From the NCBI GenBank assembly GCA_963707955.1, contig OY970176.1, forward strand, positions 256,001 through 320,000: a stretch of DNA of 64,000 nt. The letters run 5' to 3'. Shown here piece by piece: positions 1 to 10,542 of the stretch (position 1 is its first letter; each line of letters starts with the position of its first letter). The notes beneath the pieces are model-generated. The model did no database searches. It saw only the letters and a list, made by a program, of their open reading frames with translations, and had not been told where the DNA came from. Position numbers and translations under genes: made by a program. The DNA is from Candidatus Bathyarchaeota archaeon (lineage in GTDB: Archaea > Thermoproteota > Bathyarchaeia > Bathyarchaeales > Bathycorpusculaceae).

Positions 1-941
1 TAGTTCCACCAGGAGAGGATTCGCTTTGGACGGTTGCAAAACCATTTCAACCCATTATCAAAGACGGAAAAATCTACGGAAGAGGCAGCGAAGACAACAC
101 GCAATCAATGGTTTCCTCCATCTTCGCAATAAAAGCCCTAAAGAACTTAGGAATCAAACCGAAAAGGACAGTCGCTCTCTGCTTCGTGGCTGACGAGGAG
201 CAAGGAAGCACCTATGGAATCCAACACCTCATAAAACAGCAACTCTTCAAAAAAGAAGATCTGATAATCGTTCCAGACGGAGGAAACGCCATCGGAAATT
301 TCGTCGAGATCGCTGAAAAGAGTGCTCTCTGGTTCAGAGTGCGCACCGTCGGCAAGCAGACTCACGCGAGCAGACCGGCAGACGGCCTCAACGCCCACCG
401 CGTTGGAATGGAATATGCGTTGGCACTTGACAAAATGCTGCATGAGAAATACGCGGCGAAAGACGAGCATTTCGACCCTCCCGAAAGCACGTTTGAGCCG
501 ACGAAGAAGGACAAGAATGTTGATGCAGTAAACATCGTTCCCGGCGAAGACGTAAACTATTTCGACTGCAGAATTCTACCTCACTACAGTGTGGAAGAAA
601 TATTGTCGAACATCAAAGGGCTTGCACTAGAGTATCAACAGAAAACTGGAGCTAACATCAGCGTTGAATTGGTTCAGAAAACCGTGGCTCCGAAGCCAAC
701 TGATGTGAACGCAAAGATTGTTCTCATGCTGAAAGAGGCCATCAAGAGTGTGAGACGAGTAGAACCGAAGGTTGGAGGAATCGGAGGAGGAACATGCGCT
801 GCTTTCTTCAGAAGAATCGGCATCCCAGCAGTTGTGTGGAGCACAGAGGATGAGATGGCACACCAACCGAATGAATACGCAAAAATAGCAAACCTCGTTG
901 ACGATGCCAAAATCTTCGCTTCCCTGGCGATCAGTCCCTAG
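1..941 (+). CDS. M20/DapE-family metallopeptidase, 5'-truncated by window edge
   Basis: Frame open from window start; GRGSED, ADEE, GKQTHAS and MAHQPNEY motifs typical of M20/ArgE/DapE. Confidence 0.85.
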   Translation, partial: VPPGEDSLWTVAKPFQPIIKDGKIYGRGSEDNTQSMVSSIFAIKALKNLGIKPKRTVALCFVADEEQGSTYGIQHLIKQQLFKKEDLIIVPDGGNAIGNFVEIAEKSALWFRVRTVGKQTHASRPADGLNAHRVGMEYALALDKMLHEKYAAKDEHFDPPESTFEPTKKDKNVDAVNIVPGEDVNYFDCRILPHYSVEEILSNIKGLALEYQQKTGANISVELVQKTVAPKPTDVNAKIVLMLKEAIKSVRRVEPKVGGIGGGTCAAFFRRIGIPAVVWSTEDEMAHQPNEYAKIANLVDDAKIFASLAISP

Positions 942-993
942 GCAGAGCGCACCTATTTTCCAAGATCTGAACGACGAAGCCTGAAGGTCTCGG

Positions 994-1186
994 GCTGGCG
1001 TGTTCCTGAATTTTTTTGGGAAGTGGCTTGCGCTGCTCATTTTGCTCTTCAACCATATTTGGATCATATAGGATACCCGGGGGGGAGGGCGTGAGAGCGA
1101 GAGAGCACCCAGCCGAACCGTGACGGTCACCATCGAAAAACGTCATGCCTGCCTCCTGAACGGAATTTCAGAACCAACATGCGCGC
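994..1186. repeat. Dispersed ~190-bp repeat, copy 1 (copy 2 at 54382-54578)
   Basis: 50-bp identical core CATATTTGGATCATATAGGATACCCGGGGGGGAGGGCGTGAGAGCGAGAG (1054-1103 = 54439-54488) with similar flanks. Confidence 0.9.
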
Positions 1187-1278
1187 TAAACCTTCTAGCA
1201 ATCGTTCGCAAGCTTTGAGAGGAAAAGCACTTAAATAATGTCGGCACGAAACTAGATTTCTCGAATCGAGGTTGTCTT

Positions 1279-1974
1279 ATGTCTGAAGCATCTCAGCTAT
1301 TCAAGCAAGTCATCAAGAGCAGAAGGAAGTCTCTTCTTGAAACAGAGGCCAAGACTGTCTGTATGGAGTACGGGATCCCCGTAACAAAGTTCAAGTTGGC
1401 GAAGAACGCGACAGAAGCTCTCAAGTTTGCGACGTCCATTGGTTTTCCAATAGTTCTGAAAATCGTTTCCCCGGACATCATCCATAAGTCAGACGTTGGA
1501 GGCGTCGTGGTCGGCATTAAAAACGCCCAAGAAGTTCGAAGCGGCTACAGAAACATCATGGATAATGTTAAGAAACATAATCCTAAGGCAAGGATCGTGG
1601 GTATGCTGGTTCAGGAAATGGCCCCAACCGGGACAGAAGTCATAGTAGGCTCAATTAAAGACCCGCAGTTTGGACCGGCTTTGATGTTTGGACTCGGCGG
1701 CGTTTTTGTGGAGGTTCTGAAAGACGTAACCTTCAGAATCGCACCTGTAAACGAAGACGAAGCAGCTGAAATGATAAGCGAGGTGAAGGCTTATCCTCTC
1801 TTGAAAGGCTACAGAAACATGCCTCCTGCTGACCTTAAGGCAATAATCAAGATCTTGGTGAACACTTCAAAGCTTGTTCTGGACAATCCTGAAATCAAAG
1901 AACTAGACCTGAACCCCATAATCGTGTACGAGAAGGGAGCAAAGACCGTCGACGCAAGAATCATACTTGAGTGA
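1279..1974 (+). CDS. acdB: Acetate--CoA ligase (ADP-forming) beta subunit, ATP-grasp
   Basis: LKIVSPDIIHKSDVGGV, DPQFGP, LDLNP, VDAR motifs. Confidence 0.9.
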   Translation: MSEASQLFKQVIKSRRKSLLETEAKTVCMEYGIPVTKFKLAKNATEALKFATSIGFPIVLKIVSPDIIHKSDVGGVVVGIKNAQEVRSGYRNIMDNVKKHNPKARIVGMLVQEMAPTGTEVIVGSIKDPQFGPALMFGLGGVFVEVLKDVTFRIAPVNEDEAAEMISEVKAYPLLKGYRNMPPADLKAIIKILVNTSKLVLDNPEIKELDLNPIIVYEKGAKTVDARIILE

Positions 1975-2115
1975 ACCCACAACAGCAAAAAGAACGACAA
2001 ACTGGCCCTTTTTCAACAAAAGACGCTGCAACAAAACCGTCTCCTGGTAGCCCCGGGCTCAGGGGTAAGAGTAATTAAACAGATTCCAGAATGGAAAAGA
2101 CAGAAGGAAACAGCA

Positions 2116-2991
2116 TTGTCAACGCAGGAGAAAACGCGGGCGATCGACGAACTAATCCGGAGATTAGCACCTTTGACCGAACAAGAAGGCACATTGGACG
2201 ACGAAGCAAACAGACTGGCCGAGAGGCGGAACAGGCTAAATGAAGAGCTGAGAAACCTGCGCGCTGAAATACAAGAGCTACGCAGCGAGAGAGACCAGGC
2301 AAACGAAAAAGTGAAGGAACTAAAACAGCAGCGGAACACCACCACAGCCAGAATCCGCGAAAAGATTGAAGAAATAAAGAAACTAGGCGAGGAAAGGCAT
2401 GATTTCTCAAAGAAAATACCCTCAAGGAGCCATAGGGCTCTCGAAGAAGAAGTCGAAAGCATAGACTGGAAGATCCAGACAAGCTCCTTAACGCTGCAGG
2501 AAGAAAAGGACTTGGTCGGGAAAGTGAAGGCGCTGGAGACACAATTGGATGTCCACAGAAAAGTTGAACAGGTGGAAAGGAAGATCGACGCGTTGCACAA
2601 TGAGAACAAGAATCTTAAGGCTGAACGTGAACGCTGCCACGAAGCACTGACCGCCCAGTCGCAGAAGAGTCAGGAAATTCATGCCAAAATGCTGGCAAAA
2701 ATAGGGGAGTCAAGGAAAACTAAAATGGAGGCCGACGGCGCTCACAAGCGATTCGTAGAAGCAAGAGAAAAGACCAAACCGGTTCGAGAGGAGATCGCGG
2801 CCATTTCCCACAAAATCAGACAGTTGGAAACCGAAGTGCGAGAGGAACACGAGAAAGAAAGGAAGCAGAGTGAGAGCCTGCTTCGCCAGACGCTTGAGAA
2901 CAGAGCAATGGAGAAGCTGAGAAGAGGAGAGAAACTGAGCTGGGAAGAGTTCCAACTTGTCGCGGAAAAGGGATCGCAGTCTAAGGATTGA
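2116..2991 (+). CDS. Archaeal coiled-coil protein (COG1340-like)
   Basis: Long heptad pattern; IDWKIQTSSLT and GEKLSWEEF motifs. Confidence 0.75.
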   Translation: MSTQEKTRAIDELIRRLAPLTEQEGTLDDEANRLAERRNRLNEELRNLRAEIQELRSERDQANEKVKELKQQRNTTTARIREKIEEIKKLGEERHDFSKKIPSRSHRALEEEVESIDWKIQTSSLTLQEEKDLVGKVKALETQLDVHRKVEQVERKIDALHNENKNLKAERERCHEALTAQSQKSQEIHAKMLAKIGESRKTKMEADGAHKRFVEAREKTKPVREEIAAISHKIRQLETEVREEHEKERKQSESLLRQTLENRAMEKLRRGEKLSWEEFQLVAEKGSQSKD

Positions 2992-3203
2992 GCTCGTCGC
3001 GCGGCTCCATGTCCATTCTCCGACCATCGTGCTTGATGGCGGTGAAAAACGTTAGAATACCTCGTGCTCTTAGATTTGTAGCAAATCCATGGACTTTTTT
3101 GCAAGGGTTTGCGCTTCCGCCCGCGCTGAAAGGCACAAGATTGGTTGCAGAAACATAAGATTAAAGTGATTACGCACAGATATAATCAGAGAAAGAGATA
3201 AGG

Positions 3204-4382
3204 ATGAAAGAGGCGTCTGAAAAAGAACAGAAACGCATTCTTGTTCTGTGCGTGGACAGAGACGATGATCTAGGAACTAAGGCAGGAGTCAAGACGCCCG
3301 TTGTGGGAAGGGAAGAAAACCTCGATGCTGCGGTATCCTTGGCTCTGAAGGACCCTGAGGAACCTGACGCAAACGCCATCTTCGAGGCAGTACGCGTATA
3401 TGACCGATTGAAGGCAGATGACAAGCCGGATGAAGTCGTTCAGGTGGCAACTCTATCTGGCTCTGAACTTGGAGGGGTTAGCGCAGACAGAAAGGTTGTC
3501 TCTGAACTGAACGACCTGCTCGGTTCATTTTCTGCAAGCGAAGTAATTCTCGTGACTGACGGATACTCAGACCAAGCAGTCTTGCCAGTTGTTCAATCCA
3601 GGGTGCCCGTATCGTCTGTCAGAAGGATAGTCGTGAAGCACAGTGAGTCGATAGAGGAGACAGCTGCCCTCTTCTGGAAGTATCTCAGAACCGTAGTGGA
3701 GAATCCGCGCTACTCACGCATCGCACTGGGCTTGCCTGGTTTGCTCATTCTGATCCTAGCAATCTTTTCGATCGTCGGCTTTGTCCAGTATTACGTAATA
3801 GCCTTCGTGCTTGTCTTAAGCGTGTCCCTGCTTGTCAAAGGATTCGGAATAGACAGGATGGCTAAAGGTTTCTACAGGTGGATCAGAGAGTATTCCCCGC
3901 CGCCTCTTCGAGTGCAGATTTCAAGTTTCTCTGGGATCGCCGGAGTCTTGTGCGTAGTGCTTGGCGTCTACTTAGGTTGGACCACGGCCGCACCTGAGGT
4001 TTCTGTCCAAAGCAATATTGCTGGATATCTAAGTATCCTGCCTAGAGTCGCGGGCTTTTTCATCAGCGGCGCCATCTTTCTCATTGTGGTCGGGATTTGT
4101 GTAGCCCTATTAGGCAGAGCCATCAGATGGTACCTCGAACGTGACGCCAGACTGCTGCGCAACGGGGCGTTGATCGTCACGGTCGCTTGGTCCACAGAGA
4201 TTTTCCTCGCAGTTTCGGACCTGTTGACAGGAAATGCAGGGCCTGACAGGGTTGTTTTCGCGATACTTATCGGCATCTTAATCGGCGTGGCCTCGGTGCT
4301 TGTAATATTCGTCCTACACCGACGCGCAAAGGAATTTTTCCGCGAGACCGAAGAACAGGTCGAAGAACTTGGTGAAAACTAG
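3204..4382 (+). CDS. DUF373 family membrane protein
   Basis: LVLCVDRDDDLG, DPEEPDAN, VTDGYSD; C-terminal TM helices. Confidence 0.9.
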   Translation: MKEASEKEQKRILVLCVDRDDDLGTKAGVKTPVVGREENLDAAVSLALKDPEEPDANAIFEAVRVYDRLKADDKPDEVVQVATLSGSELGGVSADRKVVSELNDLLGSFSASEVILVTDGYSDQAVLPVVQSRVPVSSVRRIVVKHSESIEETAALFWKYLRTVVENPRYSRIALGLPGLLILILAIFSIVGFVQYYVIAFVLVLSVSLLVKGFGIDRMAKGFYRWIREYSPPPLRVQISSFSGIAGVLCVVLGVYLGWTTAAPEVSVQSNIAGYLSILPRVAGFFISGAIFLIVVGICVALLGRAIRWYLERDARLLRNGALIVTVAWSTEIFLAVSDLLTGNAGPDRVVFAILIGILIGVASVLVIFVLHRRAKEFFRETEEQVEELGEN

Positions 4383-5157
4383 CATTGCAATCATAGGCGG
4401 GTCAGGACTCGAGAGGTTATTCGAAAAGCCAGAACAGTCAATCGTAAAGACGCCCTACGGAACAGCCCCTCCTGTGTCAATTGGAAAAGTGGGAGGCAAA
4501 CAAGTGGTTTTCCTCCCGAGACATGGGCCTAACCATTCTGTTCCTCCCCATCGAATAAACTACAAGGCAAGCATCTGGGCCCTGCACACGCTTGGCGTCA
4601 GAAGAATATTCGCCACAAACGCTGTTGGCGCCATAAACCGCGATTTCAAGCCTGGCCAAATTGCTGTCCCTCACGACTTTGTGGACTTCACAAAAGCTCG
4701 GTGTACCACTTTCTATGACGAAGCACCGGTTACACACGTTGACTTTTCACAGCCCTACTGCCCACAAATGCGGAAACTCCTGCTCGACGCGGCGAGAAAG
4801 ACTGGATTACATGTGTGGGACAAGGTTGTGATGGTCTGCACCGAGGGCCCTCGTTTAGAAACGCCGGCAGAAATAGAAATGTTCAGGCGCTTGGGTTGCG
4901 ACATCGTAGGCATGACTGGTTTTCCAGAAGTTGTCTTGGCCAGAGAGCTTGAAATGTGCTATGCGTCAACATGTTACGTATCCAACATGGCTGCTGGAAT
5001 ACAAAAGGGGCTTTCAGCCCATGACGTTTCAAGGGTTTCCAAGCAGATCATGCCCAAGCTGGAGAAACTCTTAATTGAGAGCATTAGGGGTTTACCCATT
5101 GAGCGCGAGGAAGCTTGCCAGTGTGCTAGCGCACTTCGAAGCGCGAGGTTTGAATAA
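4369..5157 (+). CDS. mtnP: S-methyl-5'-thioadenosine/inosine phosphorylase
   Basis: IIGGSG, FLPRHG, EGPRLETPAE, VGMT, SNMAAG motifs. Confidence 0.88.
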   Translation: MVKTSIAIIGGSGLERLFEKPEQSIVKTPYGTAPPVSIGKVGGKQVVFLPRHGPNHSVPPHRINYKASIWALHTLGVRRIFATNAVGAINRDFKPGQIAVPHDFVDFTKARCTTFYDEAPVTHVDFSQPYCPQMRKLLLDAARKTGLHVWDKVVMVCTEGPRLETPAEIEMFRRLGCDIVGMTGFPEVVLARELEMCYASTCYVSNMAAGIQKGLSAHDVSRVSKQIMPKLEKLLIESIRGLPIEREEACQCASALRSARFE

Positions 5158-5940
5158 GTGTTCAAGACTGTGCTGTCCGCTGTCGGCGTTTACAGGCTCT
5201 ATGAAGGATGGCTGTGGCGTCAAGTAAAAACCGGTGAAAAGCCAGAGCACATAGCCATAATTCTTGACGGAAACAGAAGATGGGCTTCGGAGAACGTTCT
5301 TAACCCCTGGCTTGGACACGAGAAAGGTGCAGAAAAAGTTGAAGAGTTGCTTGACTGGTGTCTGAAACTGGATGTCAAATCTGTCACTCTCTACGCTTTT
5401 TCCACAGAAAACTTTCGACGCACAGCCGATGAGGTTGAAGAGATCATGCGCATCGCGGGTGAGCGGTTTCGCGAGCTTTTGACAGATGAGCGAATACGCA
5501 AAGACAAGGTCCGCGTTAAAGTCATTGGGAGAGTGAACCTCTTGCCTGCTGACCTGCAGCAGCTCATAGGGGAGGTGGAGAAGTCAACAGAGCACTATGA
5601 TGAACACTTCTTGAACTTCGCCTTCGCTTACGGTGGAAGGGCAGAAATTGTGGACGCAGCTAGGAAGATCGCTGAGCAGGTGCACGAAGGCAGGCTTAGC
5701 CCTGAGAAGGTAGACGAGAAAACGTTCGAGCAGTACCTTTACACATCGCACATGCCTCAGCAAGACCCAGACTTGATCATCAGAACTTCGGGCGAGGAGA
5801 GGCTGAGCGGTTTCTTGTTGTGGCAGTCTGCCTACAGCGAACTGTGTTTCTTAGATGTCTACTGGCCTGATTTCCGACTGATAGACCTGTTAAGGGCTGT
5901 TAGGACTTTCCAGAAGCGCAAGAGACGTTTCGGTGAATGA
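5158..5940 (+). CDS. uppS: cis-prenyltransferase (polyprenyl diphosphate synthase)
   Basis: HIAIILDGNRRWA, YAFSTENF, YGGR, IRTSGEERLSGFLLWQ. Confidence 0.95.
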   Translation: MFKTVLSAVGVYRLYEGWLWRQVKTGEKPEHIAIILDGNRRWASENVLNPWLGHEKGAEKVEELLDWCLKLDVKSVTLYAFSTENFRRTADEVEEIMRIAGERFRELLTDERIRKDKVRVKVIGRVNLLPADLQQLIGEVEKSTEHYDEHFLNFAFAYGGRAEIVDAARKIAEQVHEGRLSPEKVDEKTFEQYLYTSHMPQQDPDLIIRTSGEERLSGFLLWQSAYSELCFLDVYWPDFRLIDLLRAVRTFQKRKRRFGE

Positions 5941-5946
5941 GAACAT

Positions 5947-7185
5947 TTAAGCTCTTTTGCGTGCGCTCACTATCGAGACGACATCTCTGTCCCTCAGAAC
6001 GTAGTCTTCGCCAACTCGCTTGCCCTCTCTCGCCTCAGCCGCGTATATGAAGCCCTCTCCCAACTCTGTGTGAATTATGTAGGCAAGCTGACGTGCGGTC
6101 GTGCCGTACGGCACAAGATAGGCGTCAGGCAACACTCTTCCCGCGTGGTCGCTCAGGTGTTCCAAGTCTTCGACAGGATAGACTGTTATCATGTTCAACA
6201 GTTTGAAAAAAGCCGTGTTCACCGCTTCTTGAACCCCTGTTGAGCCGGAGTCGAAGAGGATCTTCTCTCTTATTATTTCCAACGCTTTGACTTGACTTTC
6301 ACTGAGTCTTTCAGGCGCGTTTATTTTGAAGTTGCAGTCTCCAGGCCTGTAGTCTATCAGCTGTTTCTCGGCGGCTCGTCTCAGCGCAAGCTCCGCCTCT
6401 GCGCAGACTGGGACGACAAGGCGGTTCGATTCCCTTAACCGCTCCAGGTTCGCCTGTGAAGTGGGAATGTCCATCTTGTTTGCAACGATTAACATTGGTT
6501 TAGAAACTTGTCTAAGCATGTTTACAAACGTTAGAAAATCTTCGTCACTCCAAAACGTTAGCTTCTCGCCGCTCAAGCCTGTTTTCCTTAGCGCTTCAAT
6601 AAGATGACCTCTTCTTATTCCGAGGCCGCTCAAACGCTCTTCTAGCAAAGTGAAAAGGTCTTTTGATTCGGCTTCTGTTGTTCTCGCAATCTTAGGCCAG
6701 TCCTTTTTCAGTATGGTCGCCATCCACATTGTTATCTCATGTTCCAGGAACCTTACGTCTTCCAGAGGATCATGCTCGCCTTGTTTGCAGAGTCTCCCTT
6801 CGCAGTCCGTTCCCCCAGAGGCATCAACGATGTGAATCAGCACATCTGCCTTTCTGATTTCGTCCAGGAACTGGTTGCCCAAGCCTCTTCCTTCCCATGC
6901 ACCGGGCACTAGCCCCGCGCAGTCGATAAACTCTATGGGGATCAGTCTCACGCCGCTCATGCAGATGGAGTTAGCAGGATTGTCGCTGACGTTAAACTCT
7001 TCGTGGACGCAGGGGGTTCGAACGTAGCCTACTCCTCTGTTGGGCTTTATCGTGGTAAAAGGGTAGTTTGCTATTTCGGCTGGCGCAAGAGTTGCTGCAC
7101 TAAAGAAAGTTGACTTGCCCGTGTTGGGCTTTCCAACGATGCCCAACAGCCTCGAATAGGATTTCTGCATGTCACATCTCACCAA
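5947..7185 (-). CDS. ychF: Obg-family redox-regulated ATPase YchF (archaeal), TGS domain
   Basis: GKPNTGKST, NYPFTT, DCAGLVPGA, GLGNQFL, NKMD. Confidence 0.9.
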   Translation of the reverse strand: MVRCDMQKSYSRLLGIVGKPNTGKSTFFSAATLAPAEIANYPFTTIKPNRGVGYVRTPCVHEEFNVSDNPANSICMSGVRLIPIEFIDCAGLVPGAWEGRGLGNQFLDEIRKADVLIHIVDASGGTDCEGRLCKQGEHDPLEDVRFLEHEITMWMATILKKDWPKIARTTEAESKDLFTLLEERLSGLGIRRGHLIEALRKTGLSGEKLTFWSDEDFLTFVNMLRQVSKPMLIVANKMDIPTSQANLERLRESNRLVVPVCAEAELALRRAAEKQLIDYRPGDCNFKINAPERLSESQVKALEIIREKILFDSGSTGVQEAVNTAFFKLLNMITVYPVEDLEHLSDHAGRVLPDAYLVPYGTTARQLAYIIHTELGEGFIYAAEAREGKRVGEDYVLRDRDVVSIVSARKRA

Positions 7186-7348
7186 AACTCTGTTTGTGAT
7201 GTCCTGGGCATTGCTCGCAAATACTCTGCCTAGCGTCGGTCTGTTTAACTTTGAACTCTTTCCTTAAGCTATGGTCAATCACAGATTAATATAAGAGTGC
7301 AGGGGGTCTATATGAAGTGAACCATCACGCCAAAGGTTGGAAAGACGA

Positions 7349-8314
7349 ATGGTGGCAAACCTGTCGAAAGGACTAATTGCTGACATGTTTCAGAAGATGC
7401 TTGAGATCCGCTTCTTCGAAGAGAGGGTCTTCGAGCTGTACGGCCAAAACCTTGTTCCGGGCACGATACACCTCTACGCTGGTGAAGAGGCTGTGGCAGT
7501 GGGTATCTGCAGTGGCCTTCGAAAAGATGATCTCATCACGAGCACACACCGCGGTCATGGGCACTGCATAGCCAAGGGAGCCGACTTGAAACGCATAATG
7601 GCTGAGATTCTGGGCAAAGAAACTGGGTACTGCAAGGGGAAAGGAGGCTCGATGCACATTGCCGATTTCAACATCGGCATGCTGGGTGCCACCGCGGTCG
7701 TTGGAGCTGGATTACCGATAGCCGTCGGCGCTGGACTGACGATAAAGCTCGGGAGAAAAGACCGAGTGGTGGCATGCTTTTTCGGCGAAGGAGCTTCAAA
7801 CCAAGGAACTTTTCATGAGAGTTTGAACCTCGCTTCGGCATGGTCTTTGCCCGTGATTTTTGTCTGCGAGAACAATCTCTACGCCATGGGAACACGTCAA
7901 TCTAGGATAATGAAGCTTCAGAACGTGGCTGACCGCGCTGTGGCCTATGGAATGCCAGGTGAAGTCGTTGACGGAAACGACGTTCTGGATGTTTATGAAG
8001 CGGCCTGCAGAGCGGTTCACAGGGCAAGAAACGGTGAGGGCCCAACGCTCATCGAATGCAAAACTTACAGACACAAGGGACATTCTCGTGTCGACTCAGC
8101 CAAGTACAGGGCTAAAGAAGAGGTTCAAGAATGGTTAGCCAAAGACCCGGTCAAAAAACTGAAGGAGAGGATGCTGCGAGACAATACTTTGTCGGCGGAG
8201 GAGGTTGAAAAGATAGAGAAGACAGCCTTGGCTGAAGTTGAAGAAGCCGCAAGGTTTGCCCTAGGCAGCCGTTTTCCTGCTCCCGAAGAGGCTCTGGAAG
8301 ATGTCTATGGCTAG
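7349..8314 (+). CDS. TPP-dependent pyruvate/acetoin dehydrogenase E1 alpha
   Basis: STHRGHGH, GKGGSMH, GEGASNQG..N TPP motif, TYRHKGHS; start 7337 or 7349. Confidence 0.9.
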   Translation: MVANLSKGLIADMFQKMLEIRFFEERVFELYGQNLVPGTIHLYAGEEAVAVGICSGLRKDDLITSTHRGHGHCIAKGADLKRIMAEILGKETGYCKGKGGSMHIADFNIGMLGATAVVGAGLPIAVGAGLTIKLGRKDRVVACFFGEGASNQGTFHESLNLASAWSLPVIFVCENNLYAMGTRQSRIMKLQNVADRAVAYGMPGEVVDGNDVLDVYEAACRAVHRARNGEGPTLIECKTYRHKGHSRVDSAKYRAKEEVQEWLAKDPVKKLKERMLRDNTLSAEEVEKIEKTALAEVEEAARFALGSRFPAPEEALEDVYG

Positions 8315-8329
8315 AAGGAGAGGAAGCAC

Positions 8330-9304
8330 ATGAGGAGAATCTCCTACCGAGAAGCACTCCGTGAAGCCTTGAGAGAAGAGATGCGGAGAGACCCCACTGT
8401 GTTCTTGCTGGGAGAGGATATTGGCAGATACTGGGGCGGAGCCTTCAAGGTCACTGAGGGTTTGGCGGCGGAATTTGGGGACGAGAGGGTCAGGGACACG
8501 CCGATCTCTGAGTCAGCCATAATTGGGACGGCAGTAGGCGCTGCAATAACGGGCATGCGGCCTGTTGCAGAGATCATGTTCGGAGACTTGACTGCCCTTG
8601 CTATGGATCAAATCGCGAATCAAGCGGCAAAGATACGTTACATGTTCGGAGGCCAAGCGAGCTGTCCGATGGTTATCAGAACACCCTTCGGTGCAGGCGT
8701 CAACATCGCTTCCCATCATTCTCAAAGCTTGGAAGCATGGTTCATGCACGTTCCCGGATTGTACGTGGCTGTGCCTTCCACACCTTATGACGCAAAGGGA
8801 CTTCTGAAGACGGCCATACGCGGGAACAACCCCGTCTTTTTCTGCGAACACAAGATGCTTTACCCCGTTGAAGGAGACGTTCCAGAAGAGGAGTGCCTGA
8901 TTCCCTTCGGCGTCGCGGACGTTAAGAGGGAGGGGTCAGATGCTACGGTGGTCGCTACTATGTTCATGGTTCACAAAGCCTTGGCAGCGACTGAGAGCCT
9001 CGAAAAAGAAGGCATAAGCGTAGAAGTCGTCGACCCAAGAACCTTGACACCCTTAGACAAAAGAACGATCGTCAATTCTGTCAAGAAAACTGGAAGAATA
9101 GTTATAGTAAGCGAAGATTGCAAGACAGCTGGCGTGAGCGCAGAGATTGCGGCTGTGGTCGCCGAAGAAGCCATAGACTATTTGGATGCGCCGATAAAAC
9201 GCGTGACGGCACCGGACACACCAATTCCATTCAGCCCACCTTTGGAGCAGTTCGTAATCCCGAATGAGAAAGCGATAATCAGAGCCGTGAAGGAGGTTGT
9301 CTAG
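8330..9304 (+). CDS. Pyruvate/acetoin dehydrogenase E1 beta
   Basis: GEDIG, DTPISE, HSQSLEAWF, DPRTL. Confidence 0.92.
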   Translation: MRRISYREALREALREEMRRDPTVFLLGEDIGRYWGGAFKVTEGLAAEFGDERVRDTPISESAIIGTAVGAAITGMRPVAEIMFGDLTALAMDQIANQAAKIRYMFGGQASCPMVIRTPFGAGVNIASHHSQSLEAWFMHVPGLYVAVPSTPYDAKGLLKTAIRGNNPVFFCEHKMLYPVEGDVPEEECLIPFGVADVKREGSDATVVATMFMVHKALAATESLEKEGISVEVVDPRTLTPLDKRTIVNSVKKTGRIVIVSEDCKTAGVSAEIAAVVAEEAIDYLDAPIKRVTAPDTPIPFSPPLEQFVIPNEKAIIRAVKEVV

Positions 9305-9305
9305 A

Positions 9306-10412
9306 ATGCCAACGACCGTCGTGATGCCCCGACTCAGCCTGACAATGAAGGTGGGCACCGTGGGCAAGTGGTACAAGAAGGAAGGCGAAGCCGTCGAAAA
9401 AGGAGAACCAATCGCGGAAATAGTCTCTGAAAAAGCGACCTACGACTTGGAAGCATCATCTTCAGGGATCATACGGAAGATCCTAGTCAAAGAAGGCGTC
9501 GATGCGCCTGTCAACGCGGTCCTAGCCGTAATAGGCACGCGTGACGAGACACTCCCTGAAATAGGGGCGCAGGCTGAAGCCCCCCAGACCGCCGAAACTG
9601 ACGGTGAGAAGCGAGTTGTTGCTTCGCCAGCAGCCAAACGTTTGGCAAGAGAACATAGGATCGACTTATCAAACGTACACGGAAGTGGCCCTGAAGGACG
9701 AATCGTAGAGGACGACGTCACTAGACTCATAGAACCGAAAGGCGGAACTCAGCCCAAGGTCAAAGAAGTCGTACCCTTAAGCGGTTTCAGAAAAACCACC
9801 GCAGAACGGCTTTCCATGAGCTTCAGGACAGCTCCGCACAGTGCGGTTGTGATGGAGGTTGATGTTTCCAAAGCCACAGGGCTTCATGAAAGACTCCAAG
9901 TATCCTATACCACCCTCATCATAAAGGCCGTAGCAACAGCGCTGACTGAAATGCCCATCGTAAACTCAACTCTCGAAGGCGACCGAATAAAAATCTTCGC
10001 GGACGTGAACGTGGGCGTTGCCATCGCCACAGCAAACGGCCTAGTCGTCCCAGTCATACGTAACGCGGATCAAAAGACCTTGAAAGACATTGACGCTGCA
10101 GTCTTGGAGCTAACCGAAAAGGCGCAGCTGGCAAAATTGTCGAGAGAAGAAGTGACCGGAGGAACCTTCACTGTCACTAACCTAGGCATGTACGGAGTCG
10201 ACTTTTTCATTCCAATAATCAACCCACCGGAAGCTGCTATACTCGCGGTTGGAAGAATCGCTGAAAAGCCGGCGTCAGTCAACGGCAAGGTCGAGGTCAA
10301 GCCTGTGATGATGTTAAGCCTCTCCTATGACCACAGGGTAATCGACGGCGCTCCTGCAGCCGAGTTCCTCCGAAAAATCAAAGACAAATTAGAGAATAGT
10401 TCGAGTTTCTAA
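9306..10412 (+). CDS. Dihydrolipoamide acyltransferase E2
   Basis: Lipoyl domain (SEKA), E3-binding ASPAAKRLA, catalytic DHRVIDG. Confidence 0.92.
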   Translation: MPTTVVMPRLSLTMKVGTVGKWYKKEGEAVEKGEPIAEIVSEKATYDLEASSSGIIRKILVKEGVDAPVNAVLAVIGTRDETLPEIGAQAEAPQTAETDGEKRVVASPAAKRLAREHRIDLSNVHGSGPEGRIVEDDVTRLIEPKGGTQPKVKEVVPLSGFRKTTAERLSMSFRTAPHSAVVMEVDVSKATGLHERLQVSYTTLIIKAVATALTEMPIVNSTLEGDRIKIFADVNVGVAIATANGLVVPVIRNADQKTLKDIDAAVLELTEKAQLAKLSREEVTGGTFTVTNLGMYGVDFFIPIINPPEAAILAVGRIAEKPASVNGKVEVKPVMMLSLSYDHRVIDGAPAAEFLRKIKDKLENSSSF

Positions 10413-10542
10413 GAATAGCCCTTAACCGTTTGAAACATTCTGTGTCCTGTCCGACGCTTTCAAGGGCGCATGGAGGCTTTCTACGTAATCGTGCATTTGG
10501 AAAGTTTTAAGTGCCGAGCCAAAGAAAAGCCATTGAACTCAG

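Noticed and set aside
931-1146. Minus-strand ORFs sharing LALTPSPPGILYDPNM (also 54370-54588)
   Set aside because: Similarity follows from the DNA repeat; the aligned CCGAACCGTGA block is read in different frames in the two copies and most substitutions are non-synonymous
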